20,889 bases of DNA from Chthonomonadales bacterium (lineage in GTDB: Bacteria; Armatimonadota; Chthonomonadetes; Chthonomonadales; Chthonomonadaceae): the NCBI GenBank assembly GCA_038217285.1, contig JBBQPO010000083.1, positions 1 to 20,889 of the forward strand, given 5' to 3'. The position numbers and the translations under genes are program-made. Numbering within the stretch: the stretch's first letter is position 1; the number at the start of each line of letters is the position of its first letter. The notes under the pieces are model-generated. The model made no database searches and was not told where the DNA came from. It was given only the letters and a program-made list of their open reading frames with translations. Shown here piece after piece: positions 1-8,522 of the stretch.

Positions 1-1505
1 AGACTGGCATGGCCGCGCAGAGCGAGGATACCGCCGCCGGGTCTGCCGATATTGCCGAGCAGCGTCTGGAGCATGGCGGCGGCGCGAATGATCTGCACGC
101 CGGTCGAGTGCTGCGTCCAGCCCACCGCGTAGCAGATCGCGCTCGTTCGCTCGCGGCCCGAGTTGTCGCACAGCAGTTCTGCGGTCTGTATCAACTGCTC
201 GGGCGAGCAGCCGCAGATTTGCGATACGGTCTCGGGCGTATAGCGCGCGAAATGGCGGCGCAGCAGTTGCATCACGCAGCGCGGATCCTGAAGCGTTTCG
301 TCACGTGGCGGCTGACCGGCCGGCTCTGCGGTCGATTGGGAGCGTTGTGAGGTGTGGGTACTGGCGCCGCCGTCGATGCCATGCCCGTGAATGCCATGCG
401 AACCCTCCTGATGTTTCGCCGCCTGGCTGCCGCCCCCACCGGACGTATTGTTCCCTGCCGAACCGGAATCGGTATCGGATTGTGGAGAAGGCTCCGAAGC
501 CTGATCCGGCTTTTTGTATCCCCAATGCTCTTTGTCGGCCTGGTACTCGCGCGAGCCGGTGTCGTAGCCGCTGAACACCCCTTCGAGGTCTTCCGTATCC
601 CGATAACCGTCCTCTATAATCGTAGAGGCATTGGTGAAGGCGAGAACATACTCCTGGAACCAGCGCTCGTGCGTGAGCACATAGTTGATCAATCCGCCCA
701 GAAAGGCGATGTCACTGCCCGCCCGGATCGGCACATACAGGTCAGAGACGGCAGACGTGCGGGTAAAGCGGGGATCGACATGGATGATTTTGCCGCCCTT
801 TTCTTTGGCTTTCATGGGCCAGCGGAAGCCGACCGGATGGGCTTCTGCCATGTTGGATCCCATGATCAGGATACAGTCGCTGTTTGCCAGGTCCTGCAGA
901 TTCGTGGTGGCCGCGCCGCGGCCAAAAGAGGCGCCCAGACTGGGCACCGAAGCGGAGTGTCAAATGCGGGCCTGGTTTTCGACGCTTACGACGCCGAGAC
1001 CTCCTGTAAATAACTTCTTGATCAGGTAGTTCTCTTCGTTGTCCAGCGTCGCACCACCCAGCGTGCCCATATTAGTGACGTGATTGAGCAGCAGACCATC
1101 TTCCGACTTCTCGACCCAGCCCCGGTCGCGGGTCTCCTTCACGCGTTGCGCAATCTGCTCCATCGCCCAGGCCAGCGGTTTCTGCTCCCACTTCTGGGAG
1201 TAGGGTGCGCGATACAGGATCGTCTTGACACGATGCGGGTTCTGGACCAACTGAAACGTATTGGCTCCCTTGGGACAGAGCGTGCCTTCGTTGATAGGGC
1301 TGTCCGGATTGCCCTCGATATCGATGATCTCTCCCGCCTTGGTGTAGACGTTCAGGCTGCACCCGACCGCGCAGTAGGGGCAGATACTGTCTGTTCGGAT
1401 CGCTCCGGTCAGACGCGAGTGTTTGTTGAGCGTCTGCGGGCTGTAGGGCTGCGGGGGATGCGTTGCCGCGCCGGAGCGTCGGAACGAGAGAGACTGTTTG
1501 GACAT
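1..1505 (-). CDS. fdnG: Selenocysteine-containing formate dehydrogenase alpha (catalytic Mo/W-bisPGD) subunit, FdnG/FdoG family; 3'-partial
   Basis: ATG at 1505 with AAGGAG 7 nt upstream. 4Fe-4S motif CPYCAVGC...CPKG. Hand translation through TGA 960-962 gives ENQARI-U-HSASVPSLGASFGRGAATT, then IMGSNMAEAHPVGF, IHVDPRFTRTSA, RDETLQDPRCV, YAVGWTQH and LLGNIGRPGGGILALRGHAS at the window edge, all in the same frame. Confidence 0.95.
930..948 (-). promoter_or_regulatory. Bacterial SECIS hairpin directing Sec insertion at UGA 960-962
   Basis: Minus strand reads UGA CAC UCC GCU UC GGUGCCCA-GUC-UGGGCGCC. The stem starts 11 nt after UGA, has 8 bp (one G-U) and a GU-containing apical loop, matching the spacing and form known for E. 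coli fdhF/fdnG SECIS elements. Confidence 0.85.
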
Positions 1506-1580
1506 GAGAAAACTCCTTAGGGCAATGTATTTTGGCGTCCGCACCTGCGAACTTCGTCTATCAGATTTCAGAAGGGAGTT

Positions 1581-2426
1581 CTACTCCCGACTTACCGGAA
1601 CCTCGCAGCGAATACGGTGGGCGCCTGTATAGACATTCATCGTTTCGCCACGCAAAAAACCGATCAAGGTGATGTTCAGGTCGTGGGCAAGTTGCACCGC
1701 CAACGATGAAGGCGCGGAGACAGCGCAAACCACAGGAATGCGCGCCATCGCCGCCTTTTGCAAAATCTCGAAACTGGAACGTCCGCTGACGAGCAGTAGA
1801 CGCCGGTTGAGGGGCGTTCGGCCCGCCAGAAACTCCGCGCCGATCAACTTGTCGAGTGCATTGTGCCGTCCGACATCTTCGCGCAGGGACAGCAGGCACC
1901 CTTCAGCATCGAAGAGACCTGCTGCGTGCAGTCCCCCCGTGCGGTCGAACACACTTTGCGCGGCCCGCATCTGGTCGCTAAGGGTGCGGATGACGGCAGG
2001 CGTCACCGCGAAATGCGTCTCCTCGATCGGTGGAGCCAGACACTGCGTCGCGGCCAGACTGGCTTTGCCACAGACGCCGCAACTGGAGGTCGCGACAAAA
2101 TTGCGCTGGAGACGCGCGTCCTTCGGCTGAAAGCCTGCCGAAGGTCTCAGTTTCACATGCAGAACGTTCTGTCGGTCAGGAGCGCCCGTCGCGCCGACAT
2201 ACCTCATCGCGGTGATGTCCTGATGGCTGCGCACCACGCTTTCGGCGTAAAGAAATCCGGCTGCCAGTTCCTGATCGTCGCCCGGCGTCCGCATGGTGAC
2301 GGCCAGACTGCTGCAGTTGACGACGATCTCCAGCGGCGCTTCAATGGCGACGCAGTCCTGTATTGCATGCACAGAGTCTCTCTGCCAGCGCATAATGCCA
2401 ACTTCAGTCTGCATAATGCGATGCAC
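1581..2426 (-). CDS. fdhD: Formate dehydrogenase accessory sulfurtransferase FdhD
   Basis: Motifs EAPLEI, TMRTPGDD.ELAAGFL, SSCGVCGK, TGGLHAA, EDVGRHNALDKLIG, SGRSSFE, SAPSSLAV. Start is GTG 2426 or ATG 2414; AGGAGAGGAGG lies upstream. Located directly upstream of the FDH alpha gene. Confidence 0.96.
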   Translation of the reverse strand: MHRIMQTEVGIMRWQRDSVHAIQDCVAIEAPLEIVVNCSSLAVTMRTPGDDQELAAGFLYAESVVRSHQDITAMRYVGATGAPDRQNVLHVKLRPSAGFQPKDARLQRNFVATSSCGVCGKASLAATQCLAPPIEETHFAVTPAVIRTLSDQMRAAQSVFDRTGGLHAAGLFDAEGCLLSLREDVGRHNALDKLIGAEFLAGRTPLNRRLLLVSGRSSFEILQKAAMARIPVVCAVSAPSSLAVQLAHDLNITLIGFLRGETMNVYTGAHRIRCEVPVSRE

Positions 2427-2577
2427 CTCCTCTCCTATACCAGATGTAATTTGCGTCTTTTTGCCCGACGGAGGAACGAAATGTCGAGCAGATCAATGAC
2501 CATTTTGTACTTGCATCACAGCAGCCCTGATGAAGATGATTTCGGCTATGGCGATTATGCCCGTCTTTCCAGGAGCA

Positions 2578-2604
2578 GACACCCGCACAGACGCGGATGT
2601 TCCC
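2578..2604 (-). promoter_or_regulatory. Candidate ECF-sigma-type promoter for fdhD-fdnG
   Basis: Minus strand GGGAAC-N17-TGTC in the divergent intergenic region, about 150 nt upstream of fdhD. Motif resemblance only. Confidence 0.3.
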
Positions 2605-2724
2605 TCGAAATGCGCTTATGCGCCATTTATTAAACTTAGTGTATAGTCTTATGCACAATTCCAGTTAGGGGAAGTGTTGCGCCCCTGGGTAGAGATGCAG
2701 GGTGAAATCTTCTATCGTGAGGAT

Positions 2725-2750
2725 GGGAACCTATTCTATTGGGAGCCGTA
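2725..2750 (+). promoter_or_regulatory. Candidate ECF-sigma-type promoter for the act-cox operon
   Basis: GGGAAC-N16-CGTA ending 49 nt before the probable actA ATG. Fits the general ECF consensus (AAC at -35, CGT at -10). Confidence 0.45.
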
Positions 2751-2799
2751 TATTAGGAACACGAACGCCCTTTACCCACTCTTCAAACAGGTTGGATGT

Positions 2800-3450
2800 A
2801 TGCCGCAGTTCTTTCGCTCTTATGCAAACACCGGGATGCGGATAGGTATGCTCGGCGTTTTCGCCGGGCCAGTCGTGTTAGGTTTTGCACTTATGGGCTT
2901 CAACCGCTCGCCATATATCACCCAGGTGGGCCTTCCAAAGGGGCAGCCGGTGCAGTTCAGCCATGAGCATCATGCGGGCGCACTAGGTATTGATTGCCGC
3001 TTTTGCCATACTTCCGTCGAAACCTCTTCCTATGCGAACATTCCCCCGATGAAGACCTGCATGACATGCCATTCGCAGATATGGGTCAATAGCGTGATGC
3101 TGGCGCCTGTGCGCGAAAGTTATGCAAGCCGCGTTCCGCTGCAATGGAACCGGGTGCACGACCTCCCGGATTTCGCCTATTTCAACCACAGCATCCATGT
3201 CAACAAGGGCTTCGGTTGCTCGACCTGCCACGGTCGGGTGGATAAGATGCCTCTGGTCTACCGCGAACAGCCGCTCTTTATGTCGTGGTGCCTGAACTGT
3301 CACCGCAATCCGGAGAAGTATGTGCGCCCCGAATCCCAGATTTTCACGATGGGCTGGCGCCCCCCCGCCAACCAGGCTACCCTCGGCCCTCAACTCGTAA
3401 AGCAGAATCAGATCAGAAAGTTGGACGACTGTTATGTCTGTCACCGATAG
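2800..3450 (+). CDS. actA: Alternative Complex III pentaheme cytochrome c subunit ActA
   Basis: Five CxxCH motifs (CRFCH, CMTCH, CSTCH, CLNCH, CYVCH), QPVQFSHEHH, WNRVHDLPDFAYFNHSIH and one N-terminal TM helix. Start placed at ATG 2800 (MPQFF, typical ActA N-terminus) rather than GTG 2674. Confidence 0.95.
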   Translation: MPQFFRSYANTGMRIGMLGVFAGPVVLGFALMGFNRSPYITQVGLPKGQPVQFSHEHHAGALGIDCRFCHTSVETSSYANIPPMKTCMTCHSQIWVNSVMLAPVRESYASRVPLQWNRVHDLPDFAYFNHSIHVNKGFGCSTCHGRVDKMPLVYREQPLFMSWCLNCHRNPEKYVRPESQIFTMGWRPPANQATLGPQLVKQNQIRKLDDCYVCHR

Positions 3451-6400
3451 CGCGCCGCAACCCGAGCCGGATACCGATCTGGAGACCCTACGCGCACGTC
3501 TGGCGGCGACACAAGGCCCTGCATTCTGGCGCGGCCTGGAGGATCTCGCCCAAACCCCCGCCTTTCAGGAGGCCGCGCGCCGCGAATTCCCACGTCTGGG
3601 TAGCGTGCTTGCCGAGGCCAAACAGATCGGCGCCGGTAAGACGAAAGCGCAGGAGGTTTCGCGGCGGGCGTTCCTGACCGTCATGGGAGCTTCGCTGGCC
3701 CTGGCCGGTCTGAGCGGCTGCGCCACGCAGCAGCCCCAGGAAAAGATCGTGCCTTATATCGATCCGCCCAACGATTCCGAGCCGGGTAAACCGCTGTTCT
3801 ACGCGACAGCCTTGAATCTGGGAGGCTGTGGGCTGGGGATTCTGGTGACGAGTCGGGAGGGGCGGCCGATCAAGATCGAGGGCAATCCCACGCACCCCTC
3901 CAGCCTGGGCGCGACGGATGCGATCGCGCAGGCGTCGCTGCTGTCGCTCTACGATCCGGACAGGTCACAGGCCGTGATCCATCGCGGGGTTCCCTCGACA
4001 TGGGACGACTTTTTGAACGCCGCGACAGCGCAGATGCAGGCCGAACAGGCGACGGGCGGCGCGGGACTGCGCTTTCTGAGCGGGGGTATCCTCTCCCCAA
4101 CCCTGGCGGAGCAACGGCAGGCTCTGCTCGCGCAGTATCCGAACGCCCGCTGGTGCAGTTACGAACCGATAGGCCGGGAGAACATGCAGGCGGGCGCACA
4201 GATGGCCTTCGGCGCGGACGTCAACACCGTCTATCATTTCGAGAAAGCGGATGTCATCGTCGCGCTTGACGGCGATTTTCTCCTGACCCTGCCGGGACAC
4301 GTCCGCTATGCCGCCGATTTTGGCCGTAGGCGCAGCGTGCGCAAGGCCAAAGTCGATTTGAACCGCCTCTATGTGGCGGAGAGCAGCCCGACGATTACCG
4401 GTGCGATGGCGGAGCATCGGCTGGCTGTGCGCCCCGGAGAGATCGAGGAGATCGCACGCGCGCTCATGACAACGCTCCGCAACGGCGGAGTTTCCGGCTC
4501 CTTCTCTGCAACGTCTGCCACACAGTCCTGGATTGCAACGCTTGCCGGAGATCTACAGGCGCATCGCGGACGGAGTGTGGTGGTCGTGGGTGAGACACAG
4601 CCGCCCATCGTCCATGCACTGGCGCATTCCCTGAACGGGATGCTCGGCAATGTCGGGCAGACCGTCACCTACACCCCTCCCCTGGAGGCCGTGGTGGAGG
4701 GGCAGGCGCAGTCGCTGCCGCAACTCGTCGCCGACATGCAGAGCGGACAGGCGCAGACCCTGGTCATGCTCGACTGCAATCCCGTCTACGCATCGCCTGC
4801 TGATCTGAACTTCGCGGCATCCCTGCCCAAAGTCGCCTTTACCGTCCATTTGAGCGAGTACGAGGATGAGACGGCGAATCTGACTCAATGGCATCTGCCG
4901 CAGTCGCATTTTCTGGAAGCCTGGGGAGATACCCGCGCTCACGATGGCACGATCACGCTGCAGCAGCCGCTGATCGCGCCTCTCTATGCCACCCATACGC
5001 CTTATGAACTCCTGTCTATCCTGGCAGGGAAACTGGATCGCTCCAATCACGACATTCTCCGTGACCGCTGGAAACAGGTGTACCAGGCCACCGGCGCAAG
5101 CGTCGACGACTTCGATCTGTTCTGGCGCACGATCCTGAATGATGGCGTCGTTGCCAACACGGCTCTGCCTGTCTTCCCGGCCACGCTCCTGCCTGCCTTT
5201 GCCGGATCGCCACCGGAGGCAGCGCGCGCGCAAACGTCCCAACCCTCCGATCCTCAAGCTCTCGATCTCGTTTTCACTCCGGATCCTACGATCTGGGATG
5301 GCCGCTTCGCCAACAACGGCTGGCTTCAGGAACTGCCGAAACCGCTGACCAAACTGACCTGGGACAACGCCGCTTGCATCAGCCCGCGCACAGCCCAGGA
5401 CAGAGGCTTTACCGATGGGGAAGTCGTGATACTGCGCTATCGGGGCCGGCGGGTCGAAGCGCCGATCCTGATCCTGCCGGGCCAGCCCGAGGGCGTCGTT
5501 TCTATCAGTCTGGGTTACGGACGGACGCGGGGCGGCAACGTAGGCGTCGGCGCGGGTTTCAATGCGTATGCGCTGCGTACCTCCGATGCGCCCTGGTTCG
5601 GGACGGGTTTACGACTGGAGAAGACAGACAAACGCGTGTCGCTGGCTATCACGCACAGCCATCACACGATGGAAGGCCGTGACATTGTCCGCGCCGCGAC
5701 CATCACCACGTTTCAGCACAACCCCGGTTTTGTGCATGACCATCAGAACGATCCGGAACGGCCCGAATCGCTCTATCCCGAGTATCACTATCCCGAGTAC
5801 GCCTGGGCGCTCTCCATCGATTTGACGAAATGCATCGGCTGCAACGCCTGCGTCACCGCCTGCCAGTCCGAAAACAATATCGCTGTCGTGGGCAAGGAAG
5901 AGGTGCTGCGCGGGCGCGAAATGCACTGGATTCGGATCGACCGCTACTACGAAGGCAAGAATATGGACAAGCCCAATGGCACCTATTTCATGCCGGTCGC
6001 CTGTATGATGTGCGAACACGCGCCCTGCGAACTGGTCTGCCCGCCCGGCGCGACCTTGCACAACCGGGATGGCCTGAACCAGATGGTCTACAACCGCTGC
6101 ATCGGCACACGGTACTGTTCGAACAACTGCCCCTACAAGGTGCGCCGCTTCAACTTCTTCCAGTATGCCGACCTCTCGCCTCTCAAGCAACTGATGCGTA
6201 ATCCGGAAGTGACTGTCCGCAGTCGGGGCGTGATGGAGAAGTGTAGCTACTGTGTCCAGCGCATCGAAAACGCCAAGATCACCGCAGACAAGGAAAAACG
6301 GTTGGTGCATGATGGCGAGATCACGACCGCCTGCGCGCAGGCATGCCCGACCAACGCCATTGTGTTCGGCAACCTGGCGGACAAGAACAGCCTGGTGTCG

Positions 6401-6511
6401 CAGTTGAAGCGGGAGCCGCACGACTACAGCCTGCTCTCAGAGCTGAACACCCGGCCACGTACAACCTATCTCGGCAAAGTGAGCAATCCGGTAGAGAACT
6501 CGGGCGCGTAG
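3434..6511 (+). CDS. actB: Alternative Complex III subunit ActB (molybdopterin-oxidoreductase-like domain fused to Fe-S domain; Tat lipoprotein)
   Basis: FWRGLEDL..REFP leader, then SRRAFL twin-arginine motif and LSGC lipobox. EGRPIKIEGNP.HP, SLYDPDRS, ANNGWLQELP. C-terminal Fe-S motifs CIGCNACVTAC, CMMCEHAPCELVCP, CIGTRYCSNNCP (3Fe-4S type) and KCSYC...CAQACP. Confidence 0.96.
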   Translation: MSVTDSAPQPEPDTDLETLRARLAATQGPAFWRGLEDLAQTPAFQEAARREFPRLGSVLAEAKQIGAGKTKAQEVSRRAFLTVMGASLALAGLSGCATQQPQEKIVPYIDPPNDSEPGKPLFYATALNLGGCGLGILVTSREGRPIKIEGNPTHPSSLGATDAIAQASLLSLYDPDRSQAVIHRGVPSTWDDFLNAATAQMQAEQATGGAGLRFLSGGILSPTLAEQRQALLAQYPNARWCSYEPIGRENMQAGAQMAFGADVNTVYHFEKADVIVALDGDFLLTLPGHVRYAADFGRRRSVRKAKVDLNRLYVAESSPTITGAMAEHRLAVRPGEIEEIARALMTTLRNGGVSGSFSATSATQSWIATLAGDLQAHRGRSVVVVGETQPPIVHALAHSLNGMLGNVGQTVTYTPPLEAVVEGQAQSLPQLVADMQSGQAQTLVMLDCNPVYASPADLNFAASLPKVAFTVHLSEYEDETANLTQWHLPQSHFLEAWGDTRAHDGTITLQQPLIAPLYATHTPYELLSILAGKLDRSNHDILRDRWKQVYQATGASVDDFDLFWRTILNDGVVANTALPVFPATLLPAFAGSPPEAARAQTSQPSDPQALDLVFTPDPTIWDGRFANNGWLQELPKPLTKLTWDNAACISPRTAQDRGFTDGEVVILRYRGRRVEAPILILPGQPEGVVSISLGYGRTRGGNVGVGAGFNAYALRTSDAPWFGTGLRLEKTDKRVSLAITHSHHTMEGRDIVRAATITTFQHNPGFVHDHQNDPERPESLYPEYHYPEYAWALSIDLTKCIGCNACVTACQSENNIAVVGKEEVLRGREMHWIRIDRYYEGKNMDKPNGTYFMPVACMMCEHAPCELVCPPGATLHNRDGLNQMVYNRCIGTRYCSNNCPYKVRRFNFFQYADLSPLKQLMRNPEVTVRSRGVMEKCSYCVQRIENAKITADKEKRLVHDGEITTACAQACPTNAIVFGNLADKNSLVSQLKREPHDYSLLSELNTRPRTTYLGKVSNPVENSGA

Positions 6512-6546
6512 ATCCTGGCGATCGGATCGGTGCGGAGCAGACAACC

Positions 6547-7992
6547 TTGGCCTCGGAAACCCGACAACCTGATGATAAGCCTGAAACCGGCTTCGACCGT
6601 CCGTCCTCCGTATTGGGTGGCGTGCCGAGCTATACCAGTGTCGATACGCAGATCAGCGACATCGTGCTGCATCGTCCGGTGAAGCGTGGCTGGCTGTTCG
6701 GTCTGGTCATCAGCTTTACCTTCGTCATGATTCTGCTCTACGCGATCACCTATCTGCTCATCAAAGGTGTGGGAATCTGGGGCATCAATGTGCCGGTCGC
6801 GTGGGGTTTTGCCATCGCCAACTTCGTCTGGTGGGTCGGCATAGGCCACGCCGGCACCCTGATCTCGGCGGTTCTCCTGCTGCTCAAGCAGAAGTGGCGG
6901 ACCAGCATCAACCGGTTCGCCGAAGCGATGACGCTGTTCGCTGTCGCCTGCGCGGGCCTATTTCCTCTGATTCACCTGGGGCGTCCCTGGGATTTCTACT
7001 GGCTGATTCCCTACCCCAACACCATGTCACTGTGGCCGCAGTTCCGCAGCCCGCTCGTATGGGACTTCTTTGCGGTCTCCACCTACCTGACCGTCTCGGT
7101 ACTGTTCTGGTTTCTGGGCATGGTTCCCGACCTTCGGGCCGTCTATAACCAGGCGCGAACCCCCTGGAAAAAATTTATTTTTGGCATTCTCTCGCTAGGC
7201 TGGCGGGGCGATGCGGTCCACTGGAAATACTACAACTCGGCCTACTATCTGCTGGCGGCGCTCGCCACGCCACTGGTCGTCTCCGTACACAGTATCGTCA
7301 GTCTGGACTTCGCGGTCGCCATCGTGCCCGGCTGGCACTCCACCATTTTTCCGCCCTACTTTGTGGCGGGTGCGATCCTCTCCGGCTTCGCGATGGTGCT
7401 GACGCTGGCCATTCCGCTGCGACGCTTCTATCACCTGGAAAGCCTCGTGACGATGCGCCATCTGGAGAACTGCGCCAAGGTCATCCTGGTGACCAGTTCG
7501 ATCGTCGGCTACGGCTACTGCGAGGAAGCCCTCATGGCCTGGTACAGTGGCGATCCCTATGAGAAGTACATGTATATCAATCGCATACTGGGCAACTACG
7601 GTTTCGCCTTCTGGCTGTTGATCTTCTGCAATGTGCTGGTGTCGCAGTCGCTCTGGTGGCGCAAAGCGCGCCTGAACATCGGGTGGCTCTTCGCGCTCTC
7701 GCTAATCGTGCAGTTGGGAATGTGGACGGAGCGCGTCGTGATCGTCGTCCAGTCGCTGCACCGCGACTTTATGCCTTCGGCCTGGCACATGTACTCTCCG
7801 ACGATCTGGGACTGGGCCACGCTGACGGGCACGATCGGCCTGTTCTTCGCGCTCTTCTTCCTCTTTATTCGTGTGCTGCCGATGATCTCGATTTCGGAGG
7901 TGCAGGAGTTGAGTAAGGAGCAGGAGGAGGAGACCGGCATCGGGCCGAACGCGACGACCAGCGGACGCTCACGAAAGGAGGAGAAACCATGA
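6547..7992 (+). CDS. actC: Alternative Complex III quinol-oxidising membrane subunit ActC (NrfD/PsrC family)
   Basis: WGFAIANFVWWVGIGHAGTLISA, WRTSINRFAEAMT, HLGRPW, PQFRSPLVWDFFAVSTY, PLVVSVHS, GWHSTIFPPYFVAGAI.SG; about 10 TM segments. Start set at TTG 6547 (GGAG 9 nt upstream); the track start at 6343 overlaps actB. Confidence 0.95.
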   Translation: MASETRQPDDKPETGFDRPSSVLGGVPSYTSVDTQISDIVLHRPVKRGWLFGLVISFTFVMILLYAITYLLIKGVGIWGINVPVAWGFAIANFVWWVGIGHAGTLISAVLLLLKQKWRTSINRFAEAMTLFAVACAGLFPLIHLGRPWDFYWLIPYPNTMSLWPQFRSPLVWDFFAVSTYLTVSVLFWFLGMVPDLRAVYNQARTPWKKFIFGILSLGWRGDAVHWKYYNSAYYLLAALATPLVVSVHSIVSLDFAVAIVPGWHSTIFPPYFVAGAILSGFAMVLTLAIPLRRFYHLESLVTMRHLENCAKVILVTSSIVGYGYCEEALMAWYSGDPYEKYMYINRILGNYGFAFWLLIFCNVLVSQSLWWRKARLNIGWLFALSLIVQLGMWTERVVIVVQSLHRDFMPSAWHMYSPTIWDWATLTGTIGLFFALFFLFIRVLPMISISEVQELSKEQEEETGIGPNATTSGRSRKEEKP

Positions 7993-8522
7993 AAGAGGCA
8001 TTGTATGGCTATCTGGCCTCCTTTGAGCAGCCCGAAGATCTGCTGCAAGCGGCGCGGGAAGCGCATAAGCGCGGCCACCGCCGGATGCAGGCCTACTCTC
8101 CGTTTCCTGTCGAGGGGCTGGCTGAGGCGGTCGGATTTCGCTTCAATCTGCTGCCCTGGCTTGTGCTGGGCGGCGGATTGACGGGAGGAGCAGGTGGCTA
8201 TTTCATGCAGTACTACTCCTGCGTCATCAGCTATCGGGACAATATCGGCGGGCGTCCTCTCAACAGCATCCCTTCGTTTCTGCCGATCACGTTCGAGGTA
8301 ACGGTGCTGGCTGCAGCCCTGACCGCCTTTTGCTGTGTGTTTTTGCTCAGCGGCCTGCCCCGCCTCTACCATCCTGTCTTCAATGCGCCTGCCTTTGCAC
8401 GCGAGACGCAGGATCGCTTCCTGCTCTGCATAGAAGCCGCTGACCCCATCTTCGAAGCGCGCGATACCTGGCGTTTTCTGAACGGCCTGACGGCGCAGGA
8501 GGTCGTCGAAGTCCATGCTTAA
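7989..8522 (+). CDS. actD: Alternative Complex III subunit ActD (DUF3341-type)
   Basis: AYSPFPVEGL, IGGRP..S.PSFLPITFE.TVL, LP.LYHPVFN, DRF.L.IEA.DP.F; two TM helices; ATGA overlap with actC; AAGGAGGAG RBS. Confidence 0.93.
   Translation: MKEALYGYLASFEQPEDLLQAAREAHKRGHRRMQAYSPFPVEGLAEAVGFRFNLLPWLVLGGGLTGGAGGYFMQYYSCVISYRDNIGGRPLNSIPSFLPITFEVTVLAAALTAFCCVFLLSGLPRLYHPVFNAPAFARETQDRFLLCIEAADPIFEARDTWRFLNGLTAQEVVEVHA

Noticed and set aside
9-1013. Plus-strand ORFs 9..350 and 354..1013
   Set aside because: Exact antisense-frame shadows of the FDH gene with no recognisable motifs.
960-1544. Stand-alone 194-aa ORF, or FDH pseudogene with a premature stop
   Set aside because: The stop is a UGA at the Sec position with a SECIS-like hairpin, and the frame continues with conserved FDH motifs.
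2505-2520. CRP/FNR-like site TTGTA-N6-TCACA
   Set aside because: Only the right half-site matches; too weak to support.
2642-2647. Sigma70 -10 element TATAGT
   Set aside because: No credible -35 at 16-18 bp and no correctly placed extended TG; cannot be supported alone.
2674-2799. 42-aa N-terminal extension of ActA from GTG 2674
   Set aside because: Not ActA-like. MPQFF at 2800 matches the family start, and the region holds the candidate promoter.
3434-5700. ActB as a second catalytic molybdoenzyme served by FdhD
   Set aside because: It lacks the N-terminal CxxCxxxC cluster motif, and ActB is established to carry no molybdopterin cofactor. FdhD is explained by the adjacent FDH.
6343-6546. 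Upstream extensions of actC (6343), actF (9024) and zwf (18652) in the ORF track
   Set aside because: They overlap the conserved 3' ends of the preceding genes; better RBS-linked or coupled starts exist at 6547, 9126 and 18946.
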